Shown piece after piece: positions 1-6,487 of a DNA stretch of 32,000 nucleotides. The first letter of the stretch is position 1; each line of letters begins with the position of its first letter. This DNA is from Candidatus Electrothrix sp. GW3-4 (GTDB lineage: Bacteria > Desulfobacterota > Desulfobulbia > Desulfobulbales > Desulfobulbaceae): NCBI RefSeq assembly GCF_037902255.1, contig NZ_CP147990.1:1830001-1862000 (forward strand), read 5' to 3'. The position numbers and the translations under genes were made by a program. The notes under the pieces are model-generated. The model had not been told where the DNA came from and ran no database searches. It was given only the letters and a program-made list of their open reading frames with translations.

Positions 1-937
1 TAAAGACCCATAACCATCGTTTTTCGGCCCACTCCTTCCAGGATGTCTCATCCACGAACAGGATCAGTGATTCACGCACCTCCTCAAGAAACTCATCGCT
101 AAGGGGAGAAACGGCGCGGCCAGCTTCATGGATACATTGATTGATCGTGCCGATGCCCAAATCCAATCGCAGCCAATCTTGCAGAAATTCCCGGATGCGG
201 CGGCGAGAAAGGCGCATGCGCTTGGAGAGGCACACGATCAGAGCGGTCAATTTTGGGCCGACCATGTGCCATTGGCTTATTTCAACCCCCCAGTCTTCGT
301 TTTTTTCGAGACGATGGGGCATAAGCCGATTGACATGACCACAGCCGCCGCACGTCGTGTCTCCGTAGATATGCTTGGTGTTGATCACCTCTATTCCCGG
401 GCCGGTGGCATCGCCCACCTCAATATCAACGACATAATGACCGGTGCGAGCGATGAAGTCGCATGTTTCGTCCAGCTCAAGGTTACAAGCCAAGCAGGTG
501 TCTGCTTTGTGAATGATGGTGTCGTGTACGGGAAGTTTTTGCGTTCGACCATGCCCGGTGGTGCCGGGTTGCTTGCCGGGTTTGTTGCCCTTGGGGCGAT
601 CATCAATATTTTTGGGGGAATCCTGCTGGTCGGACTTGTCCGCATCTTCATCATGCTCGACGGACTCCTCGTCAGAATCGTCGAGTTCTATGTGCGTGGC
701 TTCGACTTGCTCTTCATCCGGTTCCTCCTCGTCGGCTTGAGCGTCGGCATCAAACCGGGCCCAGGGGAAATTTGAGCTGGGAGGCATGGAGCTGTTTTCG
801 GAATTTTGACCCAGCCGTTCGTGAAGTTCTTTGAGGTCATCAAGTGCGAGCAGGCACAGCTCCTTTGCACTCTTACCGGGCAAGGAGTCAATAAACTGCT
901 TATCTATTTTTAGCAACTCTTCTCTGGATAGATGCAT
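1..937 (-). CDS. IS66-family transposase (TnpC-like), N-terminal ~312 codons; ORF continues past the left window edge
   Basis: My own minus-strand translation from the ATG at 937-935 gives MHLSREELLKIDKQ...LKELHERLGQNSENSSMPPSS...KPGKQPGTTGHGRTQKLPVHDTIIHKADTCLACNLEL...TTCGGCGH...LILFVDETSWKEWAEKRWLWVF. The coiled-coil start, PPSS motif, GxxGHxG, CxxC...CxxC zinc finger and DETxW are the usual IS66 TnpC layout. There is no stop before position 1, so it is missing from the ORF track. Confidence 0.85.
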   Translation of the reverse strand, partial: MHLSREELLKIDKQFIDSLPGKSAKELCLLALDDLKELHERLGQNSENSSMPPSSNFPWARFDADAQADEEEPDEEQVEATHIELDDSDEESVEHDEDADKSDQQDSPKNIDDRPKGNKPGKQPGTTGHGRTQKLPVHDTIIHKADTCLACNLELDETCDFIARTGHYVVDIEVGDATGPGIEVINTKHIYGDTTCGGCGHVNRLMPHRLEKNEDWGVEISQWHMVGPKLTALIVCLSKRMRLSRRRIREFLQDWLRLDLGIGTINQCIHEAGRAVSPLSDEFLEEVRESLILFVDETSWKEWAEKRWLWVF

Positions 938-1050
938 GCGAACTCAGAACGTGGATAGATCTCGTAAAAAACGTTGTGACCGTTAAACTATCGTGATCCT
1001 CTTTTTTGTCCAGTTCTTTTTTGTGTGGAATGAGGGGGGTGAACGGTTAC
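1..1050 (-). mobile_element. IS66-family insertion sequence, right-hand portion; no tnpA/tnpB upstream of the transposase; outer end tentative
   Basis: The transposase starts at 937. The reverse complement of 1028-1050 reads GTAACCGTTCACCCCCCTCATTCC, and a GTAA-type terminus is typical of IS66 inverted repeats. The other end lies outside the window, so the IR cannot be confirmed. Confidence 0.5.
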
Positions 1051-1089
1051 TCGGTAGCATTTATTCTTTTAATTTAGAGGGAGAATATT

Positions 1090-1650
1090 ATGAAATTAAA
1101 AATCTGTTTGTTTTCTTGTTTTCTTGTTTTCTTGTTTTCAATATCTGCTGGGGCGCAGACCGAGATTAACACACCTGAACCATTTGACAATTACGTATCT
1201 AGTTACAAGCAGCGCTTTAAGGATATTGCAGAAAAATATTCCAAGCTGCAACCAAGCATGGATGTCCTGAAAAGATTCTCAAAAGATCTAAGTAATCTTG
1301 AAGGTGAGTTCCGTAAAGAACGCCGTGAAGATTATCAGACATACCGCTATCGCATTCAGAAGACTCAAAGCTGTACAAATGGTGTAAGTGGAAAGAGGAA
1401 GGTATGTTCGGGACCCAAGATTACCTGTCCACCAGATACAGTTCTGGTGGGCAATGAGTCAGGCGTGAAAGGTGGCGGAACTTATGAGAATGGAAGAACT
1501 ACCAATTCTCTGTCATGGGAAGTTGTCAAAACCGGCAAAGGACGCAACGAGGGAACGGCGACTGTCCATTGCACGTATGATGAAAGATATGTTAGTGTTA
1601 AGGTCGAGGATGAGCTGAAGCGCATAAAAAAACTGGCAGGAGTTGAGTAG
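1090..1650 (+). CDS. Small secreted hypothetical protein (186 aa)
   Basis: A strong SD (GAGGGAG) sits 7-8 nt before the ATG. The N-terminus MKLKICLFSCFLVFLFSISAGAQ looks like a Sec signal peptide with an AxA-like cleavage site. The C-terminal half contains several Cys. The gene is followed by a clean intrinsic terminator and is AT-rich compared with its neighbours. I recognise no family. Confidence 0.7.
   Translation: MKLKICLFSCFLVFLFSISAGAQTEINTPEPFDNYVSSYKQRFKDIAEKYSKLQPSMDVLKRFSKDLSNLEGEFRKERREDYQTYRYRIQKTQSCTNGVSGKRKVCSGPKITCPPDTVLVGNESGVKGGGTYENGRTTNSLSWEVVKTGKGRNEGTATVHCTYDERYVSVKVEDELKRIKKLAGVE
1107..1138 (+). repeat. Tandem 8-nt repeat (TTTGTTTT then CTTGTTTT x3) inside the signal-peptide coding region
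   Basis: Read directly: tttgtttt cttgtttt cttgtttt cttgtttt, encoding LFSCFLVFLF. Confidence 0.85.
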
Positions 1651-1670
1651 TAGTCGCAGACCAAACACAA

Positions 1671-1720
1671 GACAAACCAAGAGCAGTTCTCTGTCCCTCC
1701 CTTGGTTTGTCTTCTTTTTC
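1671..1720 (+). terminator. Rho-independent terminator of the 1090-1650 gene
   Basis: An 11-bp perfect stem GACAAACCAAG (1671-1681) / CTTGGTTTGTC (1701-1711) is followed by TTCTTTTTC. Confidence 0.7.
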
Positions 1721-4700
1721 TATAATTTCATTGACTAACCCTCCACCCCCCACCTACCGGCTGGCCCAGGTCACTGACCCGGAAGGCCATGCGGTCAGCT
1801 ATGCTTATGATGCTGACGGCAACCGCATCAGCAGAACCTCGGCCCTTGGGATCAGCACCCGTTTTGCCTACGATGCCCTGGATCGCCGCATTGCCGTGAT
1901 CCGTAATGCAGACTCGGGCCTGTCCGCAGATCATCAGACCAATGTCCGCACCGAGTACGGCTATGATCTGGCAGGCAACCTGATCCGCCTGACCAATCCC
2001 CTGGGCTATCAGGCCGAGTTCAGCTATGATGCAGCCCATCGTCGGACAGAGGCGGTTGATTTTGAAGGCGGCAGCACCCTGTACAGCTACGATAAGGTGG
2101 ACAACCTCCTCAGTATCACGGACGCTGAGGGCAATCCCACCCTGTACCAGTACGACGACCTGAACCGACGCATCAGCAGCACCAATGCCGAGGACGAGAC
2201 CACCGGCTTTGTCTACGATTTGATGGGCAACCGGATTACCCTGATTGAAGCGGATGAAACCCTGACCCGGTACGAACACGACGGGGTCTATCGCCTGCAC
2301 CGGGTCACGGAGAACTACCGACCGGACGAGGCTCCTGGCAATGATGTCAACAAGCTCACCCGATACAGCTACGATGCCCGTGGTCTGCTCACTGAGATCA
2401 TCAATGCCAACGAGGCAGCCACCGCCTTTGCTTACAACGGGGTGGGCAATCTGATTGAAGAGATCAACCCGTTGGGCAGGACCTGGACCTACAGCTATGA
2501 TGGCATGGGCAACCGGATCAGTCGCAGGGACGGCAAGGGTGCGCTGACTGCGTACAGCTTTTATCCCGATGACCTGCTGCAAAGCATCGCCTACAGCGAC
2601 GGCACCGCAGTCAGCTATGCCTATGATGCGGACAACCGCCGCATCCAGATGCAGGATTGGTTGGGACAGACCAGCTGGGACTACGATCCCTTGGCACGGG
2701 TCACCGGAACTGTTGACCCGCTGGGTTCTGTACTGGCGGCCAGCTATGATGCGGCAGGCAATCGTACCTCCCTGACCTACCCGGACAGCAGCGTGGCCGA
2801 GTATGCCTACAGCCCTAATAACTGGATGCAGCAGATCATTGCAGGGGATACAGGGACACGGCATGCCGTATCCCAACAAACCCAATACAGCCGCAACCGG
2901 GTTGGACGGGTGACCGGGATCATCAATTCCAATGCAACCCGGACCGATATTGCATACGACCGGGTCTATCGCACCCTGCGGCGGGAGACCGTGAATCGCA
3001 AGGAAACAATTGCCGCCTTTGAATACGCCTACAATCCGGTGGGCCATGTCACCGAGGCCGTGAAGGAGTACGGCTGGCGCAATCCCACCCAACAACGGGA
3101 GAGCTACTCCTACGACGGCCTGCACCGACTGGCCGGGGTGGTGATCAACCCGCTGAAGAACAACGGCGATCCTGTGCAGATGGGCTATGCCTATGATCCG
3201 GTGGGCAACCGGCTCTCCTGGTCAAGCGAGGACGACCTGGCTACCAACCAGCCCTGGGACGGTTTCACCATCACCTCCGCCTATAACGCGGCCAACCAGC
3301 TGCTCCGGGCCGAGACCGACTCCCTGACCCCGAACCCCAACCGCAGTCCAGTGCAGGAGTTCCGCTATGACGGCAACGGCAACCGTATCCGTGTGCAGGC
3401 CGACGACGGCCACGGCCCGGTCATCGGCACCGACTACAGCTATGACCCGGAGAACCGGCTGATCCAGGCCCTGGATTACCAACTCACCGGCTCTGATGCC
3501 GGGAACCGTATCGACCGGGCAGTCACGGCCCTGGAATACGACGGCGGCGGGCGCAGGTTGGTCAAGCATTACGATCCCAAGGCCAATCAGAGCCTCGGCA
3601 GCACAACAGGCGGGAAAAAGGGCGGCAAGAAGAACAGTACAGGCGCGGGCACCCAGGGCGTGGACAAGCGCACCGAGTACGTGTTCGACGGCCTGGACCC
3701 GGTGGCTGAGTACGACACCCTGAACGGCCAATACGAGAATTACTACCGGGGCACGGATCGGCAGATCAGCATGGCCCAGCACTTCAACTCCGGCGCAACC
3801 GGTCAGCTCCGCTGGTACCACTACAACCATAAGGGCGACGTGGCCGGACTGACCAAGCAGAACGGCAATGCCGTGCATACCTACCGCTATGATCCCTACG
3901 GCGGGGTGATCCCGGCCAACGGCAACTTCACGGACCCGCATAACCACTACACCCTGACCGGCAAGGAGTTTGATGAACACACCGGACTGGTCTGGTTCGG
4001 GGCGCGGCATTATGATCCCGAGACCGGGGTGTGGATGGGGCAGGATACGTATCGGGGGCGGTTAAACGATCCGGCGAGTCTGCATCGGTTTATGTATGTT
4101 GATGATAATCCGGTTACGTTTTGGGATTGGTATGGGTACGCAACAAAGGGGGAAATTGAAAGAGTCAAATCAGTTATAGATGATGCTGCGAAAACATACG
4201 GTGTTCCTGTTGAGGCTATTGCAATTTTGCTTGATGTTGAGAATCCATCTGATAATAATTTTAATCGTCAAGTAAAACAACTAGGTGCTTTTGCTCTAAA
4301 TCCTCTGGGGCTCGGAAAAGTAGCAAATCGTGTAGGAAACTCTTTCGGAATGAATTTGATGAAAGATCATTGTAGATACGGATGCCCTCAAGGAGTAGGA
4401 AATATCTCCCCAGACGTTGCACAAGAAATTAGTGATTATTTTGACAAAAACTATCCAAGCACAAAAATGTCTTGTATGGCCCATGTTAATTCTTTCACAA
4501 GAAATATAAAGCTAACAAATGATTATTATAATGTTTATATTGTTGCAGCAAGTATTAGGCGTGGCATGGAAGAATTAAAGAGGCTAGGAGTGGTCAATAA
4601 TGTTGATAATGAAGAATTAACAAAGAAAGAGTTATCATTAATTATTCAATATCATAATTATCCAGCATCAAGTGTATCTGGAATCTGTAGCACGGTGTAC

Positions 4701-4772
4701 TGCAATAGGATTGTTGAGTTATTAAATAAATACAATAAAGGAGAAACTGGTCTCCAGTTTATAGATAATTAA
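1707..4772 (+). CDS. RHS/YD-repeat protein with C-terminal polymorphic toxin domain; apparently 5'-truncated (orphan fragment)
   Basis: There are dozens of YD repeats (YAYDADGNRI, FAYDALDRRI, YGYDLAGNLI and others). The core ends with GARHYDPETGVWMGQD...SLHRFMYVDDNPVTFWDWYG, the RHS core-end motif (DPxGL variant). GC content then drops sharply at ~4100-4140, followed by ~210 aa of unrelated AT-rich sequence. The only available start is a TTG lying inside the upstream gene's terminator; there is no ATG for the first ~170 codons and no SD. Confidence 0.85.
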   Translation: MSSFSIISLTNPPPPTYRLAQVTDPEGHAVSYAYDADGNRISRTSALGISTRFAYDALDRRIAVIRNADSGLSADHQTNVRTEYGYDLAGNLIRLTNPLGYQAEFSYDAAHRRTEAVDFEGGSTLYSYDKVDNLLSITDAEGNPTLYQYDDLNRRISSTNAEDETTGFVYDLMGNRITLIEADETLTRYEHDGVYRLHRVTENYRPDEAPGNDVNKLTRYSYDARGLLTEIINANEAATAFAYNGVGNLIEEINPLGRTWTYSYDGMGNRISRRDGKGALTAYSFYPDDLLQSIAYSDGTAVSYAYDADNRRIQMQDWLGQTSWDYDPLARVTGTVDPLGSVLAASYDAAGNRTSLTYPDSSVAEYAYSPNNWMQQIIAGDTGTRHAVSQQTQYSRNRVGRVTGIINSNATRTDIAYDRVYRTLRRETVNRKETIAAFEYAYNPVGHVTEAVKEYGWRNPTQQRESYSYDGLHRLAGVVINPLKNNGDPVQMGYAYDPVGNRLSWSSEDDLATNQPWDGFTITSAYNAANQLLRAETDSLTPNPNRSPVQEFRYDGNGNRIRVQADDGHGPVIGTDYSYDPENRLIQALDYQLTGSDAGNRIDRAVTALEYDGGGRRLVKHYDPKANQSLGSTTGGKKGGKKNSTGAGTQGVDKRTEYVFDGLDPVAEYDTLNGQYENYYRGTDRQISMAQHFNSGATGQLRWYHYNHKGDVAGLTKQNGNAVHTYRYDPYGGVIPANGNFTDPHNHYTLTGKEFDEHTGLVWFGARHYDPETGVWMGQDTYRGRLNDPASLHRFMYVDDNPVTFWDWYGYATKGEIERVKSVIDDAAKTYGVPVEAIAILLDVENPSDNNFNRQVKQLGAFALNPLGLGKVANRVGNSFGMNLMKDHCRYGCPQGVGNISPDVAQEISDYFDKNYPSTKMSCMAHVNSFTRNIKLTNDYYNVYIVAASIRRGMEELKRLGVVNNVDNEELTKKELSLIIQYHNYPASSVSGICSTVYCNRIVELLNKYNKGETGLQFIDN

Positions 4773-4778
4773 GTGCAA

Positions 4779-4798
4779 GGGCACGGCCCGCCGTGCCC
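4779..4798. repeat. GC palindrome GGGCACGGCcCGCCGTGCCC (leader hairpin, copy A)
   Basis: One mismatch from the perfect 20-nt palindrome seen at 8166-8185. Confidence 0.8.
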
Positions 4799-4897
4799 CA
4801 ACGGGACCACCCACCACCCGTTCCATCCCCCTGCGCCATGACGATTATGCCCGGCCCGCACCCCGCCCCGATAATCAATCAGGGCAGGGCCGATCCC

Positions 4898-4999
4898 GTA
4901 GGGGCGGACCCCTGTGTCCGCCCTGATCGTCCTGTGTCCACCTGTTTGTCCACCATCCCGGCAGATCAACCAAGGGCAGGCACGGGGGCCTGCCCCTAC
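4898..4999. repeat. REPIN-like inverted REP doublet (leader A)
   Basis: GTAGGGGCGGACCCCTGTGTCCGCCC (4898-4923) pairs with GGGCAGGCACGGGGGCCTGCCCCTAC (4974-4999). The reverse complement of the second, GTAGGGGCAGGCCCCCGTGCCTGCCC, is a variant of the first with stem-compensating changes. Confidence 0.8.
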
Positions 5000-5159
5000 A
5001 ATTCGTGGTGAATAACGAATCATGAATGAACCTGACATCCATCATCGCCGGTCCATCCGCCTGCGCAATTATGATTACACACAGGCCGGGGCCTATTTCG
5101 TGACGATATGCGTGCAACACCGGGAATGCCTGTTGGGCCATATTTCCGTTCCCGCCACC

Positions 5160-5185
5160 GTAGGGGCAGACCCCTGTGTCTGCCC
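5160..5185 (+). repeat. Single REP unit GTAGGGGCAGACCCCTGTGTCTGCCC inside the RAYT gene
   Basis: It has the same 26-nt architecture as the units at 4898, 5339 and 8284. Its length is 3n+2 and it lies exactly where the reading frame changes. Confidence 0.8.
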
Positions 5186-5338
5186 TGGTATTTCCCTGAA
5201 ATCCGTCTGACCGACGCAGGCCGCATGGTTCAGACAATATGGGATGAAATCCCGGATCATTATCCTGGTGTCGATATTGATGCCTTTGTGGCCATGCCGA
5301 ATCATATCCACGGGATTGTGGTATTGACCAATCCTGTC

Positions 5339-5439
5339 GTAGGGGCGGACCCCTGTGTCCGCCCGGATCCCTGTGTTCGACCGTATATTCCGCCATCGCG
5401 GCAGAACCACCAAGGGCAGGCACGGGGGCCTGCCCCTAC
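5339..5439. repeat. REPIN-like inverted REP doublet translated in frame inside RAYT
   Basis: GTAGGGGCGGACCCCTGTGTCCGCCC (5339-5364) and GGGCAGGCACGGGGGCCTGCCCCTAC (5414-5439) encode VGADPCVRP...GQARGPAPT, between the HUH and Tyr motifs. Confidence 0.8.
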
Positions 5440-5740
5440 GGAACCGTTATCATTACCGGATGTGGTCCAACGATATAAATCCCTGACCACCAACCGGTAT
5501 ATTGACGGGGTGAAACAACACGGTTGGCCGCCGTTTCCCGGCAAATTATGGCAACCCAATTATTGGGAACACATCATCCGTAACGAAAACGAATTGCACC
5601 GCATCCGCGAATACATCCGCACCAACCCGGCCCGTTGGCAGGAGGACGCATTGCATCCCGATCAGCCCCCATTCCCCGGTGAAACCCGTGAATCATCACC
5701 GCCTTATGATTCTTATGGTCATGAGGTATGGATGGTGTGA

Positions 5741-5780
5741 CCTGCCGCCACCATTCCATCCGCCTGCGCAATTATGATTA
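5741..5780 (+). other. Short RAYT 5' remnant directly after the RAYT stop codon
   Basis: cctgccgccaccattccatccgcctgcgcaattatgatta resembles RAYT nt ~5036-5079 (HHRRSIRLRNYDY region) and the fragment at 9141-9176. Confidence 0.6.
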
Positions 5781-5855
5781 AGGATCAATGGGGTCAGAGT
5801 CGATTGATTTTATCAAGAAAGGATAACCGGGGCGGCCTGATGTCTGAAATTTCGA

Positions 5856-5885
5856 TTGCCGAAACAACCTTTTTTCAGATATAAA
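5856..5885 (+). promoter_or_regulatory. Candidate sigma70 promoter of TA pair 1 (TTGCCG-N18-TATAAA)
   Basis: Both hexamers and the spacing are conserved at 9229-9258 upstream of TA pair 2. The site overlaps an inverted repeat, TCTGAAA (5843-5849) / TTTCAGA (5873-5879). Confidence 0.4.
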
Positions 5886-5933
5886 GAAGGAATGGGCAAT
5901 CCGAATAACCCAACAGATGGAATGAGACGCATT

Positions 5934-6134
5934 ATGACGACATTAACAGAGATAGAAAGAGCTGTGACCAATTTATCCCGGAAGGATTTCAATAAATTCC
6001 GGGACTGGTTTTCCGCCCTGGAGCAGAGAAAGTGGGACAGGGAATTCGAGGAAGATGCACAAAACGGACTGCTGGATGATCTGGCGAACGAGGCATTAGC
6101 CGATTTCCAATCCGGCAGATGCAGGGAGCTGTGA
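5934..6134 (+). CDS. Putative antitoxin of ParE/RelE-like TA pair, copy 1 (66 aa)
   Basis: MTTLTEIERAVTNLSRKDFNKFRDWFSALEQRKWDREFEEDAQNGLLDDLANEALADFQSGRCREL is a small acidic protein. Its stop overlaps the toxin's GTG start (GTGA). It is ~90% identical to 9306-9506. Confidence 0.7.
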   Translation: MTTLTEIERAVTNLSRKDFNKFRDWFSALEQRKWDREFEEDAQNGLLDDLANEALADFQSGRCREL

Positions 6135-6487
6135 AGCATTACACTTCACCGAAGTATTGGCAGGCATATAACCGGCTGTCCGCCAAGGTTCGAACCATTG
6201 CGGACAAGAACTTCGATCTTCTCAAAAAAGATCCTCGCCATCCCTCGTTGCATCTGAAAAAGGCAGGTCGTTTTTGGTCAGTACGGGCCGGAATCAAGCA
6301 TAGAGCCTTGGGTGTTGATTCCCCCGGCCAGGACGGTATCGTCTGGTTCTGGATAGGTGCGCATGCTCAATATGACAAATTATTGGGCAAAAAACAGGTT
6401 ACATCCCACATTCAGCATACCCTCTATCCATTTCCAGAATATAATTTTTCATATCTCCCACCCAACAGCTTCAGCAGACGCAAATGA
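6119..6487 (+). CDS. ParE/RelE-superfamily toxin (ParE-like), copy 1; 3' end runs into IS1634
   Basis: The body reads KHYTSPKYWQAYNRLSAKVRTIADKNFDLLKKDPRHPSLHLKKAGRFWSVRAGIKHRALGVDSPGQDGIVWFWIGAHAQYDKLLGKK. The pattern NP/DPxHPSLxxKK...WSVRxxxxxRALG...WFWIGxHxxYD is what I associate with ParE-like toxins. The conserved start is probably the GTG at 6131. The last ~28 codons are read from IS sequence. Confidence 0.7.
   Translation: MQGAVKHYTSPKYWQAYNRLSAKVRTIADKNFDLLKKDPRHPSLHLKKAGRFWSVRAGIKHRALGVDSPGQDGIVWFWIGAHAQYDKLLGKKQVTSHIQHTLYPFPEYNFSYLPPNSFSRRK

Larger units (their letters stand above)
4773..5021 (+). repeat. REP-rich ~230-nt leader, copy A (directly upstream of the RAYT start)
   Basis: It aligns by eye along its length with 8161-8393, and its first ~75 nt align with 9779-9854. 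It contains a 20-nt palindrome, a segment resembling RAYT codons ~4-19, and an inverted REP doublet. Confidence 0.8.
5022..5740 (+). pseudogene. REP-associated tyrosine transposase (RAYT; IS200/IS605-like Y1 HUH transposase), split into two frames
   Basis: The N-terminal part (5022-5210) reads MNEPDIHHRRSIRLRNYDYTQAGAYFVTICVQHRECLLGHI. The remainder is in the frame of ORF 5108-5740 and reads EIRLTDAGRMVQTIWDEIPDHYPGVDIDAFVAMPNHIHGIV (HUH motif) ...LWQPNYWEHIIRNENELHRIREYIRTNPARW (catalytic Tyr motif). The frame switches at a 26-nt REP unit at 5160-5185. Confidence 0.85.

Noticed and set aside
128-775. 215-aa plus-strand ORF (and the smaller ORFs at 141-338, 513-740)
   Set aside because: It lies antisense to a clearly recognisable IS66 transposase reading frame. 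The sequence is low-complexity with no motifs and no RBS.
1728-4010. Long minus-strand ORFs (465 aa and 262 aa) opposite the rhs gene
   Set aside because: These are typical stop-poor antisense frames of GC-rich repetitive coding DNA. The plus strand carries unmistakable YD repeats throughout.
4793-5011. 72-aa ORF in the position expected for an Rhs immunity gene
   Set aside because: Its sequence (…VGADPCVRP…) is a translation of REP palindromes and recurs at 8101-8382 in a non-rhs context. It is repeat DNA, not an immunity protein.
4875-5559. Minus-strand ORFs overlapping RAYT (182, 106, 85, 68 aa)
   Set aside because: They are antisense to the RAYT frames and consist largely of palindromic REP translations (GPRACPW, GSAPT).
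6183-6196. tRNA-like GGTTCGAACC T-arm motif
   Set aside because: It lies inside the toxin coding frame (AKVRTIADK). No acceptor or anticodon arms can be folded around it, and the paralogue at ~9567 has diverged (ggtccgaacc).
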